Part shown: one piece after another, positions 53,505 to 64,000 of the stretch
How the letters are laid out: every line of letters starts with the position of its first letter
Numbering within the stretch: position 1 is the first letter of the stretch
Assembly (NCBI GenBank): GCA_036398925.1
Contig: DASWOB010000050.1
Location: forward strand, 79,399-143,398
Direction: 5' to 3'
DNA from: Thermoanaerobaculia bacterium
GTDB lineage: Bacteria > Acidobacteriota > Thermoanaerobaculia > Gp7-AA8
DNA length: 64,000 nucleotides
The notes under the pieces: model-generated
The model's database searches: none
The model's input: the letters and a program-made list of their open reading frames with translations, nothing else
Told to the model about the DNA's origin: nothing
Program-made: the position numbers and the translations under genes

Positions 53505-53646
53505 AGCGAGCGATGACCGATGAACGATGAGCGATGAACGATGAACGATCTGCCGGTTCCCCGTTCATCGCTCATCTCTCATCGCTCATCTCTCATCGCT
53601 CATCTCTCATCGCTCATCTCTCATCTCTCATCGCTCATCGTTCGGT
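53505..53646. repeat. Asymmetric hairpin of tandem heptamers (CGATGAA/CGATGAG)n versus (TCATCGC/TCATCTC)n in the divergent region between sdhC and the ABC gene.
   Basis: The left arm has about 5 units (53505-53550). The right arm has about 11 units (53563-53646). Confidence 0.7.
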
Positions 53647-53708
53647 TCACCCCCGATAGCTGACATTCGTCAGTACCCGCTCCCCTCCCGCGAACGCATC
53701 TTCCCCCC

Positions 53709-54413
53709 ATGCTCACTCCCGTCCACCCTGCGACCCTCACCGCCGTCACCAAACGCTTCGGCAGCATCGACGCGTTGCGCGGCATCGATCTGACCATTCG
53801 TCCCGGCGAGCTGGTCGCCCTGCTCGGCGCGAACGGCGCCGGGAAGACTACCGCCGTACGCATCCTCCTCGGGCTGGCCTCGCCCGACGGCGGGACGGCG
53901 CGCGTCTTCGGCGGCAATCCGCGCGATGCGCGTCATCGCGTGCGCATCGGGGCGATGCTGCAGAGCAGCGCCGTGCCGGAGACGCTGCGCGTCCGCGAGC
54001 ATATCGACCTCTTCTCGAGCTACTACCCCAACCCGCTGCCGTTCGCGGAGATCGTCGAGGCGTCTGGACTGGCCGGGATCGAGAACCGCCTCTTCGGCAA
54101 GCTCTCCGGAGGGCAGAAGCAGCGCGCGCTCTTCGGCCTGGCGATCTGCGGGAATCCCGATCTCCTGCTGCTCGACGAGCCGACGGTCGGCCTCGACGTC
54201 GAGGCGCGCCGCGCGCTCTGGAAACAGATCCGCGCGTTCGTCGCCCGCGGCAAGTCGATCCTCCTGACCACGCACTACCTCGCCGAAGCGGAGGCACTGG
54301 CCAGCCGCGTGGTGGTCCTGCACCGGGGCCAGGTGGTCGCCGCCGGCACCCCAAGCGAGATCCGCGGCGACGCCGCCACGCTCGAAGACGCTTTCATCGA
54401 AATGGTGGGATGA
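53709..54413 (+). CDS. ABC transporter ATP-binding protein.
   Basis: GANGAGKTT Walker A, LSGGQKQR signature and LLLLDEP Walker B. Confidence 0.9.
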   Translation: MLTPVHPATLTAVTKRFGSIDALRGIDLTIRPGELVALLGANGAGKTTAVRILLGLASPDGGTARVFGGNPRDARHRVRIGAMLQSSAVPETLRVREHIDLFSSYYPNPLPFAEIVEASGLAGIENRLFGKLSGGQKQRALFGLAICGNPDLLLLDEPTVGLDVEARRALWKQIRAFVARGKSILLTTHYLAEAEALASRVVVLHRGQVVAAGTPSEIRGDAATLEDAFIEMVG

Positions 54414-54495
54414 GGGGGCAGGGCCGATGGACGCTTCGCGGCGGCCTGCCTTCAACCCCTTGACCCCCGGCCCTTGGCTCTCAAAGGACAACAAC

Positions 54496-55242
54496 ATGCG
54501 CATTCATCTGAAAGAAGCGAAATACGAATTTCTCAAAGCGCTGCGCCTGCCGGCGTACTCGCTGCCGACCATCCTCTTTCCGGTCCTCTTCTACATGTTC
54601 TTCGGGGTGATGTTCGGCGCGCAGGAGCTGAAGAGCGGGGTGACGCTGTCGGCGTATCTGCTCGCCACCTATGGCGCGTTCGGGGTGATCGGGGCGGCGC
54701 TGTTCGGCTTCGGCGTCTCGGTGGCCATCGAGCGGGGACGCGGATGGCTGGAAGCGAAGCGGACCACGCCGATGCCGGTCTCCGCCTACTTTTTTGCGAA
54801 GACGGCCATGGCCGTGATCTTCAGCGCAATCATTATCCTGCTGCTCTTCACTATGGGAATCGCCTTCGGCGGCGTGACCATCTCCTTTGGCAAGGCGGCC
54901 ACGCTGTTCGCCATCCTCATCGCCGGCGCGGTGCCGTTCTGCGCACTCGGTCTGGCGCTGGCCACGTTCACCAGCGCCACCTCCGCCACGCCGATCATCA
55001 ACTGCATCTATCTGCCGCTCGGTTTTCTGTCGGGGCTCTGGGTTCCGATCCAGGCACTGCCCAACCCGGTGCAGAAGATCGCCTTCTTTCTACCGCCGTA
55101 CCACTACTCGCAACTGGCTCTCGGCGTGCTCGGCGCGGACCGCGGCAGCTCTCCCCTTCTGCACATCGGGGTGCTCGTGCTGACGACCGTCATCTGCGGC
55201 ACGATCGCCTGGTTCGGCTTCCGCCGCGAGACGACGGCGTAA
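54496..55242 (+). CDS. ABC-2-type transporter permease.
   Basis: The ATG at 54496. Six hydrophobic helices, downstream of the ABC ATPase. Confidence 0.75.
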   Translation: MRIHLKEAKYEFLKALRLPAYSLPTILFPVLFYMFFGVMFGAQELKSGVTLSAYLLATYGAFGVIGAALFGFGVSVAIERGRGWLEAKRTTPMPVSAYFFAKTAMAVIFSAIIILLLFTMGIAFGGVTISFGKAATLFAILIAGAVPFCALGLALATFTSATSATPIINCIYLPLGFLSGLWVPIQALPNPVQKIAFFLPPYHYSQLALGVLGADRGSSPLLHIGVLVLTTVICGTIAWFGFRRETTA

Positions 55243-55251
55243 CATTCACCC

Positions 55252-56343
55252 ATGCGCCTGATTCCGCACGACGACAATCTCGGCTGGACGCCCTACGCGT
55301 GGCTGATCTACATCGTGCCGTTCACGGTGACGCCGCTCCTGCACGCGCGGCAGAACACACCTGCGCACTGGCTGCTCTACGGCGCGGCGACGCTCGTCTT
55401 CACCGCGCTCTATTTCCGCGGCTACTGGAAGATGGCCACACGCGAGCGGCTGCTGATCGCGGGCGCCTTGATGGCAATGGGAATCGGCTTCTGGCCGATC
55501 TCGTACGGCGCCGGCACGCTCTTCATTTACGCGGCCGGCGCCCTCGGCGCCATGGTACCGGCGCGGCGAGCGGCGGTCGCGGTCGGCGTGGTCGCATTGG
55601 TGGTGATCCTGGAAGGATGGTTCCTGCAGCGGAGCTGGATCAACATCGCCTGGCCGGTCCTCTTCACGCTCATCATCGGCGCGATCAACATTCACTTCAG
55701 TCAGGTCAGCCGCGCCAACGCCCGGCTGCGCCTGGCCCACGACGAGATCGAGCACCTCGCCAAAGTGGCAGAGCGCGAGCGGATCGCGCGCGACCTCCAC
55801 GATCTCCTCGGCCACACGCTGTCGCTGATCGTCCTGAAGTCGGAGCTGGCCACGAAGCTGACGGAACGCGATCCGGAGCGGGCCCGCAATGAGATTCGCG
55901 ACGTGGAGCGGATCGCACGCGATGCGCTGGCCGAGGTGCGCAGCGCCGTGCTCGGATACCGCCGCGGAGGATTCAACGACGAGGTGGCACACGCGCGGAA
56001 GACGCTCGCCACGGCAGGGATTGAAACGACATGCGAGGTCGCGAAGGCGCAGTTGCCGCCCGCTCATGAGGCCGTGCTGTCGCTGACGCTGCGCGAAGCA
56101 ATCACGAACATCGTCCGTCACTCCGGTGCGCGGCACGTGCGCATCGCACTGACCGTCGACGACTCCTGCCATCTGACGATCTCGGACGACGGCCGTGGCG
56201 GCAATACGCCGTTCGGCAACGGCCTGACCGGCATGCGCGAGCGCCTGGAGATCCTCGGCGGCGCCATGACACGCGACGGGCGGCGCGGCACGACGCTCGA
56301 GGTAACGCTCCCGATGACGCGCATCCAGGAGCGCAGCGCTTGA
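55252..56343 (+). CDS. Sensor histidine kinase (HisKA_3/DesK-LiaS type).
   Basis: N-terminal TM helices. RERIARDLHDLLGHTLS (H-box). A HATPase_c domain (NIVRHSGA...DDGRGG). Confidence 0.85.
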   Translation: MRLIPHDDNLGWTPYAWLIYIVPFTVTPLLHARQNTPAHWLLYGAATLVFTALYFRGYWKMATRERLLIAGALMAMGIGFWPISYGAGTLFIYAAGALGAMVPARRAAVAVGVVALVVILEGWFLQRSWINIAWPVLFTLIIGAINIHFSQVSRANARLRLAHDEIEHLAKVAERERIARDLHDLLGHTLSLIVLKSELATKLTERDPERARNEIRDVERIARDALAEVRSAVLGYRRGGFNDEVAHARKTLATAGIETTCEVAKAQLPPAHEAVLSLTLREAITNIVRHSGARHVRIALTVDDSCHLTISDDGRGGNTPFGNGLTGMRERLEILGGAMTRDGRRGTTLEVTLPMTRIQERSA

Positions 56344-56942
56344 TCCGGATCGTGATCGCGGAAGATCAGGCGATGGTGCTCGGTGCGCTGGCCGCGCTCC
56401 TGGAGATCGAATCGGATCTCGAGGTAATCGGCCGCGCGCGCGACGGCGAGGAGGCGCTCGCGCTCTGCCGCGACAAACGGCCCGACGTGCTGCTGACCGA
56501 CATCGAGATGCCGAAGATGACCGGCCTCGAGCTGGCCACCTGCGTGCGGCGCGAAGCGCTGGGGACGCGGGTGATCATCCTGACCACCTTCGCGCGCGGC
56601 GGTTATCTACGCCGCGCGCTGGAATCGGGCGCTTCCGGCTATCTGCTGAAAGACTCCCCGGCGGAACATCTGGCGAACGCCGTGCGCCGCGTCCACGCGG
56701 GCGGCCGGGCCGTCGATCCGGAACTGGCAGCCGAGGCGTGGAGCGATCCCGATCCGCTGACCGATCGCGAACGGCAGGTCTTGCGGCTGGCAGGCGACGG
56801 ATTGACGAGCGCCGACATTGCCGGGACGCTGCACCTGTCCGAGGGGACGGTGCGCAATTACCTCTCGGAGGCGATCAATAAGCTGGGGGCCGGGAATCGG
56901 GTGGAGGCGTCGCGGATCGCTCGGGAGAAGGGGTGGTTGTGA
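56340..56942 (+). CDS. NarL/FixJ-family response regulator (REC + LuxR HTH).
   Basis: (M)IRIVIAEDQAMV...DVLLTDIEMP and a C-terminal LuxR HTH (LTDRERQVLRLAGDGLTSADIAGTLHLSEGTVRNYL). The TTG start overlaps the kinase stop. Confidence 0.9.
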   Translation: MIRIVIAEDQAMVLGALAALLEIESDLEVIGRARDGEEALALCRDKRPDVLLTDIEMPKMTGLELATCVRREALGTRVIILTTFARGGYLRRALESGASGYLLKDSPAEHLANAVRRVHAGGRAVDPELAAEAWSDPDPLTDRERQVLRLAGDGLTSADIAGTLHLSEGTVRNYLSEAINKLGAGNRVEASRIAREKGWL

Positions 56943-56944
56943 TG

Positions 56945-57046
56945 ATCTGGACCGCGGTGGCAGCGCCGCCGCTCTGAACTCGGCGCGGAGCGCCGCGCGG
57001 CTCCGCCGCGTGTTGATAGCGGCGGCGTTGCCGCCGCAGTCCAGAT
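56945..57046. mobile_element. MITE-like element, short copy C, wedged between two convergent stop codons.
   Basis: atctggaccgcggtggcagcgccgccgctct ... atagcggcggcgttgccgccgcagtccagat. It starts 3 nt after the response-regulator stop, and its last base is the first base of the 5'-nucleotidase stop. Confidence 0.55.
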
Positions 57047-58353
57047 CAGCGCAGCGCTTTTTGGAGCTCGGTGCGTACGCGCAATCCGCTCTTTTCTTTG
57101 TCGCACTGAAAGACGTCGCGGTAGGCCACGTTCGCCAGATAGTCGGTGGTCGCCACGCGCACGCGATCGCCGCTCGCGCTGCCGGCGATGAACGATTCGG
57201 AGTCGCTCCCCTTCCGCTTTGCACTCTCCTCGACGACGCGCTGCCATTGGGCGCCGGTCATCGTACAGACGACGATCTCGTTGTCGTACGGCAGGGCGGC
57301 GCGCAACTGCTCGGCGGTGATCGGGCCGGCGGGTAAGGCGTGGCGGAAGCTGCTGACGGTCGACAGGGCGACGTCGGCTTTCGTGGCGCTGCGCATGACG
57401 TCGAGCGTCCGCGCGGCGAGCCGCGGGACGTCCAGCGGCTCGCGCAATTTCGCGACGCGCTGGAAGAGCGGGGCGTAGGCGGGATCGCGCTCGAGCTGGC
57501 GTTGCAGTTTGCGGACACGCTGCGCGACCTCGCGATCGGCGCGCATGCGGCGGGTCACCGGCACGAGCTCGCCGCGGACGCGCGTCACCTTGCGATCGTC
57601 GACCGTCAGCTCGACGCGGGCGATGTTCTCGAGGTACTGGCCGGGCGAGATGAACCAGGTCTCCGTCCCGGCGATCCGCGTCAGCTCGCGCCGGATGTGA
57701 CTGTGCGTACCGAAAATGAGGTCGATCCCGGGGACGGCCCGGGCCAGCGCTTCGTCTTCCTCGGCGTGCTGGTGGCCGATCATCACGATCGCGTCGACCC
57801 CTTCCTTCTGCAGCTTCTGCACGCTCTCGCGCGCGGCCTGCACCGGATCGAGGAACTCCAGCCCCTCGACCTTCACCAGTGACGGGAAGTCCTTGCCCGC
57901 CACGGCGAAGACACCGACCAGCGTGCCTCCGATGTCGAAGATCACGTACTGCTGGAAGCCGCGCGTGTTCGCGCTGAGGATCGGATACGAGAGCTGCTCT
58001 TTGCACTGCCGGTAGGCGGCCAGTCCGTAGTCGGCGTCGTGATTGCCGAACGCCATCGCGCTGACGATTTCGTTGAGCCACGGCCACTCCACGCAGCCGT
58101 ACTTGTCCGACCACGCGGGCGAGCCTTTGTTGATCATGTCTCCGCCGCTGAAGACGAGCGCGCCGGCCCGCTTCTGCTCGCGGAGGTAACCGACCGCCCG
58201 CGCGATGCCGCCGCGCTCTCCCTCTTCCCCCGCGTAGAACGGCTGCGCGTGTGAGTGATAGTCGGAGAAATGGAGCAGCGTGACGGTGGTCTCGCCGTAG
58301 AGCGGAATGGCGAGCGGAATGGCGAGCAGCAGGAGCAGCAGACAGCGGCGCAT
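57046..58353 (-). CDS. Bifunctional metallophosphatase/5'-nucleotidase (UshA-like).
   Basis: Signal peptide. HFSDYH, GGDMINKG and GNHD metallophosphatase motifs. A C-terminal 5'-nucleotidase substrate domain. Confidence 0.85.
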   Translation of the reverse strand: MRRCLLLLLLAIPLAIPLYGETTVTLLHFSDYHSHAQPFYAGEEGERGGIARAVGYLREQKRAGALVFSGGDMINKGSPAWSDKYGCVEWPWLNEIVSAMAFGNHDADYGLAAYRQCKEQLSYPILSANTRGFQQYVIFDIGGTLVGVFAVAGKDFPSLVKVEGLEFLDPVQAARESVQKLQKEGVDAIVMIGHQHAEEDEALARAVPGIDLIFGTHSHIRRELTRIAGTETWFISPGQYLENIARVELTVDDRKVTRVRGELVPVTRRMRADREVAQRVRKLQRQLERDPAYAPLFQRVAKLREPLDVPRLAARTLDVMRSATKADVALSTVSSFRHALPAGPITAEQLRAALPYDNEIVVCTMTGAQWQRVVEESAKRKGSDSESFIAGSASGDRVRVATTDYLANVAYRDVFQCDKEKSGLRVRTELQKALR

Positions 58354-58457
58354 CTGCGGTTCAGTTTATCCCGAGCGAAGCGAGGGATCTCCCGTGCTAT
58401 CGCGCGGTGTCACCAGAGATGCCGCCCTGCGGTCGGGGTAAGGTGCATGCTGCGACA

Positions 58458-59309
58458 TCACGGCTGCAAGGCCAGCTTCTCGCTTCCCGCGGCGGTGATG
58501 ACCACGCGCTTCACGTTCGGCACACGCATCAGCGTCTTCGTGACCATCTCGCGAATCATCTCCGCGCGGCAGGCGCCGCCGACGTTCTGCAGGCGCTCGT
58601 TGAAGTCGACGGTGACAACGCCGTCACGCAAGTTGATCGACTGGATGCGTGAGCCCTGCGGGAACGGGGTGTTGCGGCTGCGGATCAGCGTCTCGACGAG
58701 AAGGCGCGCGTGCGAGATCGATTTCGGGACGCGCTGCTTCGCGGCGACCGTGCCGTTGCAGTCGGGCGTGGCCAGGCTCAGATAGGCCTCGATCACCTCG
58801 ACGTTGAACGGCCGCTCGACGGAGACCACCGAGCGCTCGGAGCCGTCTTTCGCCGAGTATTCGAGCGCCTGCACGGTCACGCGGGGGCCGGGATCGCTCG
58901 TGATCCAGACCGTGCCGCGGTACGGACTGTGCGTCCCCATCTCACCGGTGGCGGTGGTGAAATCCTCCGCGATCACCTGCCCGCGCGCATTGAGCACGCG
59001 CAGTGCGACGTTGTTCTCGAAGGTGCGTGCCAGCCCGGTGATGACGATCGGATTGGCGATCTCCACGCGATCGATGGTGATGTTCCCCGCGCTTGGCGTG
59101 GATGGCGTGGATGACGTTGCCGGCGGTGTCGTCGATGACGCCGGGGGCGTTTCTTCGACGATGGTGGATGCTGGCTCCGTCGACGTCTCGGGAGACGGGG
59201 CAGGAGCGTCGGTGATGGACGGAGACGACGACGATGTCGCGGTGACCGGCTCCTCCTTGGGCGACGCACATCCGATGAGCAGCACGAGCACGAAACAGCT
59301 GAACCGCAA
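58458..59309 (-). CDS. Lipoprotein with a Thr/Ser/Pro-rich linker, an Ig-like (Gmad2-type) domain and a GerMN-like domain.
   Basis: Lipobox MRFSCFVLVLLIGCAS with a TTG start. IDRVEIANPIVITGLARTFENNVALRVLNARGQVIAEDF is Ig-like. The C-terminus is GerMN-like. Confidence 0.6.
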   Translation of the reverse strand: MRFSCFVLVLLIGCASPKEEPVTATSSSSPSITDAPAPSPETSTEPASTIVEETPPASSTTPPATSSTPSTPSAGNITIDRVEIANPIVITGLARTFENNVALRVLNARGQVIAEDFTTATGEMGTHSPYRGTVWITSDPGPRVTVQALEYSAKDGSERSVVSVERPFNVEVIEAYLSLATPDCNGTVAAKQRVPKSISHARLLVETLIRSRNTPFPQGSRIQSINLRDGVVTVDFNERLQNVGGACRAEMIREMVTKTLMRVPNVKRVVITAAGSEKLALQP

Positions 59310-59328
59310 GTGTTATCCTCCTGACCGC

Positions 59329-59646
59329 ATGGTGCGCGGCCTCGTTCTCCTTCCCCTCCTCTTCACGACTCTTGCCGTAACGGCCGCCGACGCAGCACGC
59401 GGTGCGGCGCTCTATCGCTCGAAAACGTGCGTGAGCTGCCATGCCGCCGACGGAAGCGGCTCCACTCCCGCGGGAAAATCTCTGAAAGCGCGCGATCTCC
59501 GATCGGATGACGTTCAGTCACAGACCGATGACGCTCTGGCGACGATCATCGCCGGCGGCAGGAACAAGATGCCGTCGTTCAGGAAGATGCTCTCGGAAAG
59601 CGACGTCGCCGACCTCGTGGCCCACATCCGCAGCCTCAAAAAGTAA
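59329..59646 (+). CDS. Class I c-type cytochrome.
   Basis: The ATG at 59329. Signal peptide. CVSCH heme-binding motif. A distal Met region (GGRNKMPSF). Confidence 0.75.
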   Translation: MVRGLVLLPLLFTTLAVTAADAARGAALYRSKTCVSCHAADGSGSTPAGKSLKARDLRSDDVQSQTDDALATIIAGGRNKMPSFRKMLSESDVADLVAHIRSLKK

Positions 59647-59752
59647 CGGTCAACGTTCCGGGACGGAGATCCGTACTCGTGAGCAGCATCACACCGGACC
59701 ACGATCGGTCCGGCAACGATGCGCCGTTGATTTTTGCGAGGTACAAGATCTG

Positions 59753-60844
59753 ATGAAACGTCTGTTTTCTCTCGCTGTACTCCTCCTCCTTTCCACCACG
59801 ACATTCGCGGACAGCCTGCCGGTACCGGTCATCAGCACGGTCACACCGGCCAGCGGTCCATCGAGCGGCGGCAATGACGTCGTCATCACCGGCAGCGGTT
59901 TCTCGACGAACGTCGTCTGCATCCTCCCCTGCCCGCCCGTCATCACCTTCGGTGACGTCGAGGTACCGGCAAAAGAAGAGAGCGACAACCGCCTGGTCGT
60001 GACCGCGCCGCCCCATCCGGCCGGGACGGTCGATCTCACCGTGCGCATGGCCGACGGCCGCAAAGTCACGGCCCCGGATGCGTACACCTTTACCGCCGGC
60101 GCCGAGGACGCATGGGAAAAGGTGCTGCTGCCGATTTACTTCGACGGCCCCGTCAGCGGCGGCGGCGGCAGCCGCTGGCAGACCGAGTTCTGGGTACGCA
60201 ACAACGGCGACGAACCGGTCGACCTCGCGCCGTGGCCCTGCCTCGACAGCTTTGCCTGCCCGGCGGTAGTCCCCCTGACGTATTCGCTCGCGGCGGGTAC
60301 AACGCTGCGCAACCTGCCGCCGTTTTTCCGTGCGCCCAGCGCGAATCCGAGCCGGCTTCTCTACGTGCGCCGCAATCAGGCGGAGAACGTCTCGATGAAT
60401 CTCCGGGTTGCCGACCTCTCGCGCTCGACGGCCAATGCCGGCACCGAGCTGCCGGTGGTGCGCGGCGATGAATACGAAACGCGCGCGGTGAACCTCCTCA
60501 ATGTCCCGTACGATCCGCCGCGCTTCCGGATGCACCTGCGTGTTTACGACGTGGCGCTGACGCAGTCGCGTTTCCGCGTCACTCTCTATGCGCAGGCCGA
60601 AGGCGCCACCACACAGGTCGAGCACTCGGTCGAGCTGACGGCGACGACGATCGAAACCGGCGATTTCCGCACGCAGGCCGCATTCGCGGAGTACAACTTT
60701 GCGGAGCTCGAGCTGCTCGACAAGGTCTGGCCGAAGGCGTTCCGCATCGAGGTCACCCCGCTCTCGCCAGGCAGCCGTTTTTATCCGCTGGTCAGCGTCA
60801 CCAACAACGACACGCAGCTCATTACCCTGGTCACGCCGCAGTAA
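59753..60844 (+). CDS. Secreted protein with an N-terminal IPT/TIG domain.
   Basis: The ATG at 59753 is in frame. Signal peptide MKRLFSLAVLLLLSTTTFA. ISTVTPASGPSSGGNDVVITGSGF is a TIG signature. Confidence 0.65.
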   Translation: MKRLFSLAVLLLLSTTTFADSLPVPVISTVTPASGPSSGGNDVVITGSGFSTNVVCILPCPPVITFGDVEVPAKEESDNRLVVTAPPHPAGTVDLTVRMADGRKVTAPDAYTFTAGAEDAWEKVLLPIYFDGPVSGGGGSRWQTEFWVRNNGDEPVDLAPWPCLDSFACPAVVPLTYSLAAGTTLRNLPPFFRAPSANPSRLLYVRRNQAENVSMNLRVADLSRSTANAGTELPVVRGDEYETRAVNLLNVPYDPPRFRMHLRVYDVALTQSRFRVTLYAQAEGATTQVEHSVELTATTIETGDFRTQAAFAEYNFAELELLDKVWPKAFRIEVTPLSPGSRFYPLVSVTNNDTQLITLVTPQ

Positions 60845-60924
60845 GACATTCCCCAGACAACAAAAGGGGCCGCGCGATCACTCGCGCGGCCCTTTTCATT
60901 TCGTGTCGCTGTGGTGGACTGCGT

Positions 60925-61551
60925 TTACTTCTTGAGCGACTCCTGCATGTCGCGGATGGCGGCTTCGCGGCCCCGCTCTTTGGCAATCTTCGCGTACTGA
61001 GCGCGCCGGGCCTCCGGGAACTGGCGGACCAGCGCCAGGTAACGGCCCTGGAGCTGACGCGACGCCAGCTGATCGCCCGACAGCGAGGACGGCTTCCTGC
61101 CCGCGCCCGCCTTACGGCCGCGGCGCTTGGCGCCACCGGCAGCAGGCTGATTCGGACCTTCATTACCAGCACCAGCAGCAGCGGTCGAAGCGCTGGCAGG
61201 CGGACGGCCTCTACGGCCTTTGGCCGAACCAGCGGGACGGCCAGGACCACGGCCACTACCGGCCGGACGGCCAGGACCGCGACCGGAGCCGGCGGGACGG
61301 CCGGGGCCACGACGCGCCGGAGCGCTGGTGGCGGACGAGCCACTGCTGCTCGACGACGATCCGCCATGCGCCTCTTTCAGGCGACTGAGGCGTTGTTCGA
61401 GATCGCTGATCTCGCGCTGCATTTCGTTCATGTAGCGACTGACGTCGCTCGACGAAACACGGCGCTCGCTGATCAGACGGTCGATGACATATGCGGCCTG
61501 TCCTGCATTTAGAGTTGGGGCAGCTGCGGGGGCTTTCCGAGGTCTCGGCAT
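60925..61551 (-). CDS. Small basic protein with three AT-hook-like GRP repeats (probably DNA-binding).
   Basis: A GGAGGAG RBS then the ATG at 61551. RRGPGRPAGSGRGPGRPAGSGRGPGRPAGSAKGRRGRP is encoded by 3 x 30-bp tandem repeats at 61231-61320. The listed 494-aa ORF is a shadow extension across ahcY. Confidence 0.55.
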   Translation of the reverse strand: MPRPRKAPAAAPTLNAGQAAYVIDRLISERRVSSSDVSRYMNEMQREISDLEQRLSRLKEAHGGSSSSSSGSSATSAPARRGPGRPAGSGRGPGRPAGSGRGPGRPAGSAKGRRGRPPASASTAAAGAGNEGPNQPAAGGAKRRGRKAGAGRKPSSLSGDQLASRQLQGRYLALVRQFPEARRAQYAKIAKERGREAAIRDMQESLKK

Positions 61552-61630
61552 ATCTTCCACTCCTCCTACGGCACACTCACGAGCCGTTCGCCCAAAGTCT
61601 TGTGCAATGCACTGTGCCTTGTCAACGAAA

Positions 61631-61665
61631 AACGAAAAAGGCGAGCCATTACGGCTCGCCTTTTT
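61631..61665 (-). terminator. Rho-independent terminator of ahcY, bidirectional in shape.
   Basis: Stem ggcgagcc / ggctcgcc (loop atta), flanked by A5 and T5 runs, about 25 nt after the ahcY stop. Confidence 0.6.
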
Positions 61666-61688
61666 ACACAGTGTGACCGAAAAGAGCG

Positions 61689-63188
<1,500 letters not shown>

Positions 63189-63363
63189 CGAAACTCCTAT
63201 TGAATTGGGGGCGCTCGGCCGTGAGAGTCCACTGCGTGCGCCCGAGAGGAACGCGCATTCTACTACGTCCGGCCCGGGGAAGCCGTCCACCCTAAGTGAC
63301 GGAGGGGTCCGCTAAACTGCCCGCGACGGCATTCGGTCTCCACGTCAGAAAGAACGGTCAAAC

Positions 63364-64000
63364 ATGTTCGAAAGCGCTTCGTCCGCTCCGAGATTCCGTG
63401 CGCGCTTCCCGGTGAAACTCCCAGCCTTCGGGTTCCGCGGCGGCCGCTTCATCGGCCTGCTGCTCAAGCTGCTGCTCGTGATCTCGCCGCTGCTCTTCAT
63501 CCGCGCCTGCGTCGTCACTTACGTTGCCCCCGACCAGATCGGCCTGCGGCAGGTCGCGCTCGGGCCGAACAAGGGACTGCAGAAAGAGCTGGTGCGCCCC
63601 GGGTACCGGCGGCAGATCCGCTCGTACGAGAGCATCCGCACGTTCCCGCGCGACATCCAGACCATCGAGTTCACGAACACCGATTCGGAGCGCGGTCCCG
63701 ATCATCGCTCCGTCTCGGCCATCAACGTCCCCACCGTCGACGGCTATCCGGTCGCGGTCGACGTGACGGTGATGTACAGGATCGCCGATCCCTTCCTGGT
63801 GGTCTCGAAATTCGGTTTCGGCCGCGCGTACGAGGACAACGTGGTGATCCGCTTCACCGATCCGTTCGTGAAGCAGTACCTCGGCGAGTTGCGGGCGGAG
63901 GAGTTCTATCGCGATCGCCGCCTCGCGCAGGTGCGGCAGCTCCGTAATGCGCTCGGGGCGCGGTTCAAGGAAAACGGAATCCAGCTGCTCGACGTGGTCA
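63364..64000 (+). CDS. SPFH/band-7 (HflK/HflC-prohibitin-like) protein. It runs off the 3' edge.
   Basis: The ATG at 63364, open to the window end. An N-terminal TM helix then the SPFH core (VTYVAPDQIGLRQV...VPTVDGYPVAVDVTVMYRIADPFLVV). Confidence 0.75.
   Translation, partial: MFESASSAPRFRARFPVKLPAFGFRGGRFIGLLLKLLLVISPLLFIRACVVTYVAPDQIGLRQVALGPNKGLQKELVRPGYRRQIRSYESIRTFPRDIQTIEFTNTDSERGPDHRSVSAINVPTVDGYPVAVDVTVMYRIADPFLVVSKFGFGRAYEDNVVIRFTDPFVKQYLGELRAEEFYRDRRLAQVRQLRNALGARFKENGIQLLDVV

Overview
This is a GC-rich bacterial chromosomal segment, roughly two-thirds G+C by eye. Many antisense shadow ORFs are present and were ignored. Gene content suggests a Gram-negative soil-type lineage (Acidobacteriota/Gemmatimonadota-like), but that is only a guess.

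Coding density is high, and most of the window is core or housekeeping genes.
- Two tandem paralogous GT-C-like membrane proteins.
- A minus-strand operon encoding a small membrane protein, an MscS channel with a cyclic-nucleotide-binding domain, an NtrC-type sigma54 regulator, and a trailing small ORF overlapping the regulator's 3' end.
- A secreted FecR-domain protein with Trp-rich and Gly/Ser/Arg-rich repeats.
- A long minus-strand block: pilM-pilN-pilO-pilP-pilQ, a lipoprotein, a large Ig-like/TIG lipoprotein, a TPR protein, a Roadblock/LC7 protein, accB-accC, aroK and a metallophosphoesterase.
- rpmB.
- A PQQ-dependent sugar dehydrogenase, an SGNH hydrolase and a KefB-like K+/H+ antiporter in an operon-like run.
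- An FAD oxidoreductase fused to a Rieske domain.
- NfeD (YqiJ-like) and flotillin (YqiK-like), followed by a giant 1,692-aa AAA+ ATPase of unknown function.
- relA/spoT.
- A C39-like peptidase with TPR repeats, a SAM methyltransferase and two aminotransferases.
- sdhC-sdhA-sdhB.
- An ABC transporter with a DesK/DesR-like two-component system.
- A UshA-like 5'-nucleotidase, a cytochrome c, ahcY, and a partial SPFH gene at the 3' edge.

The unusual content is non-coding.
- A recurring class of long intergenic hairpins whose arms are built from 7-8 bp tandem repeats, at six or more loci, including one between sdhA and sdhB.
- A MITE-like family with about 28-bp terminal inverted repeats: three full copies plus a 29-bp fragment inside the giant ATPase gene.
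- A roughly 230-bp near-perfect palindrome at the end of the pil/acc/aroK block.
- A 43-bp x ~8 tandem array, each unit carrying the perfect 16-bp palindrome GATATCCATGGATATC, directly upstream of a small XRE-HTH gene. This sits in a small accessory-like patch that also holds an orphan HicB-like gene.

No rRNA, tRNA or CRISPR array was recognised by eye.
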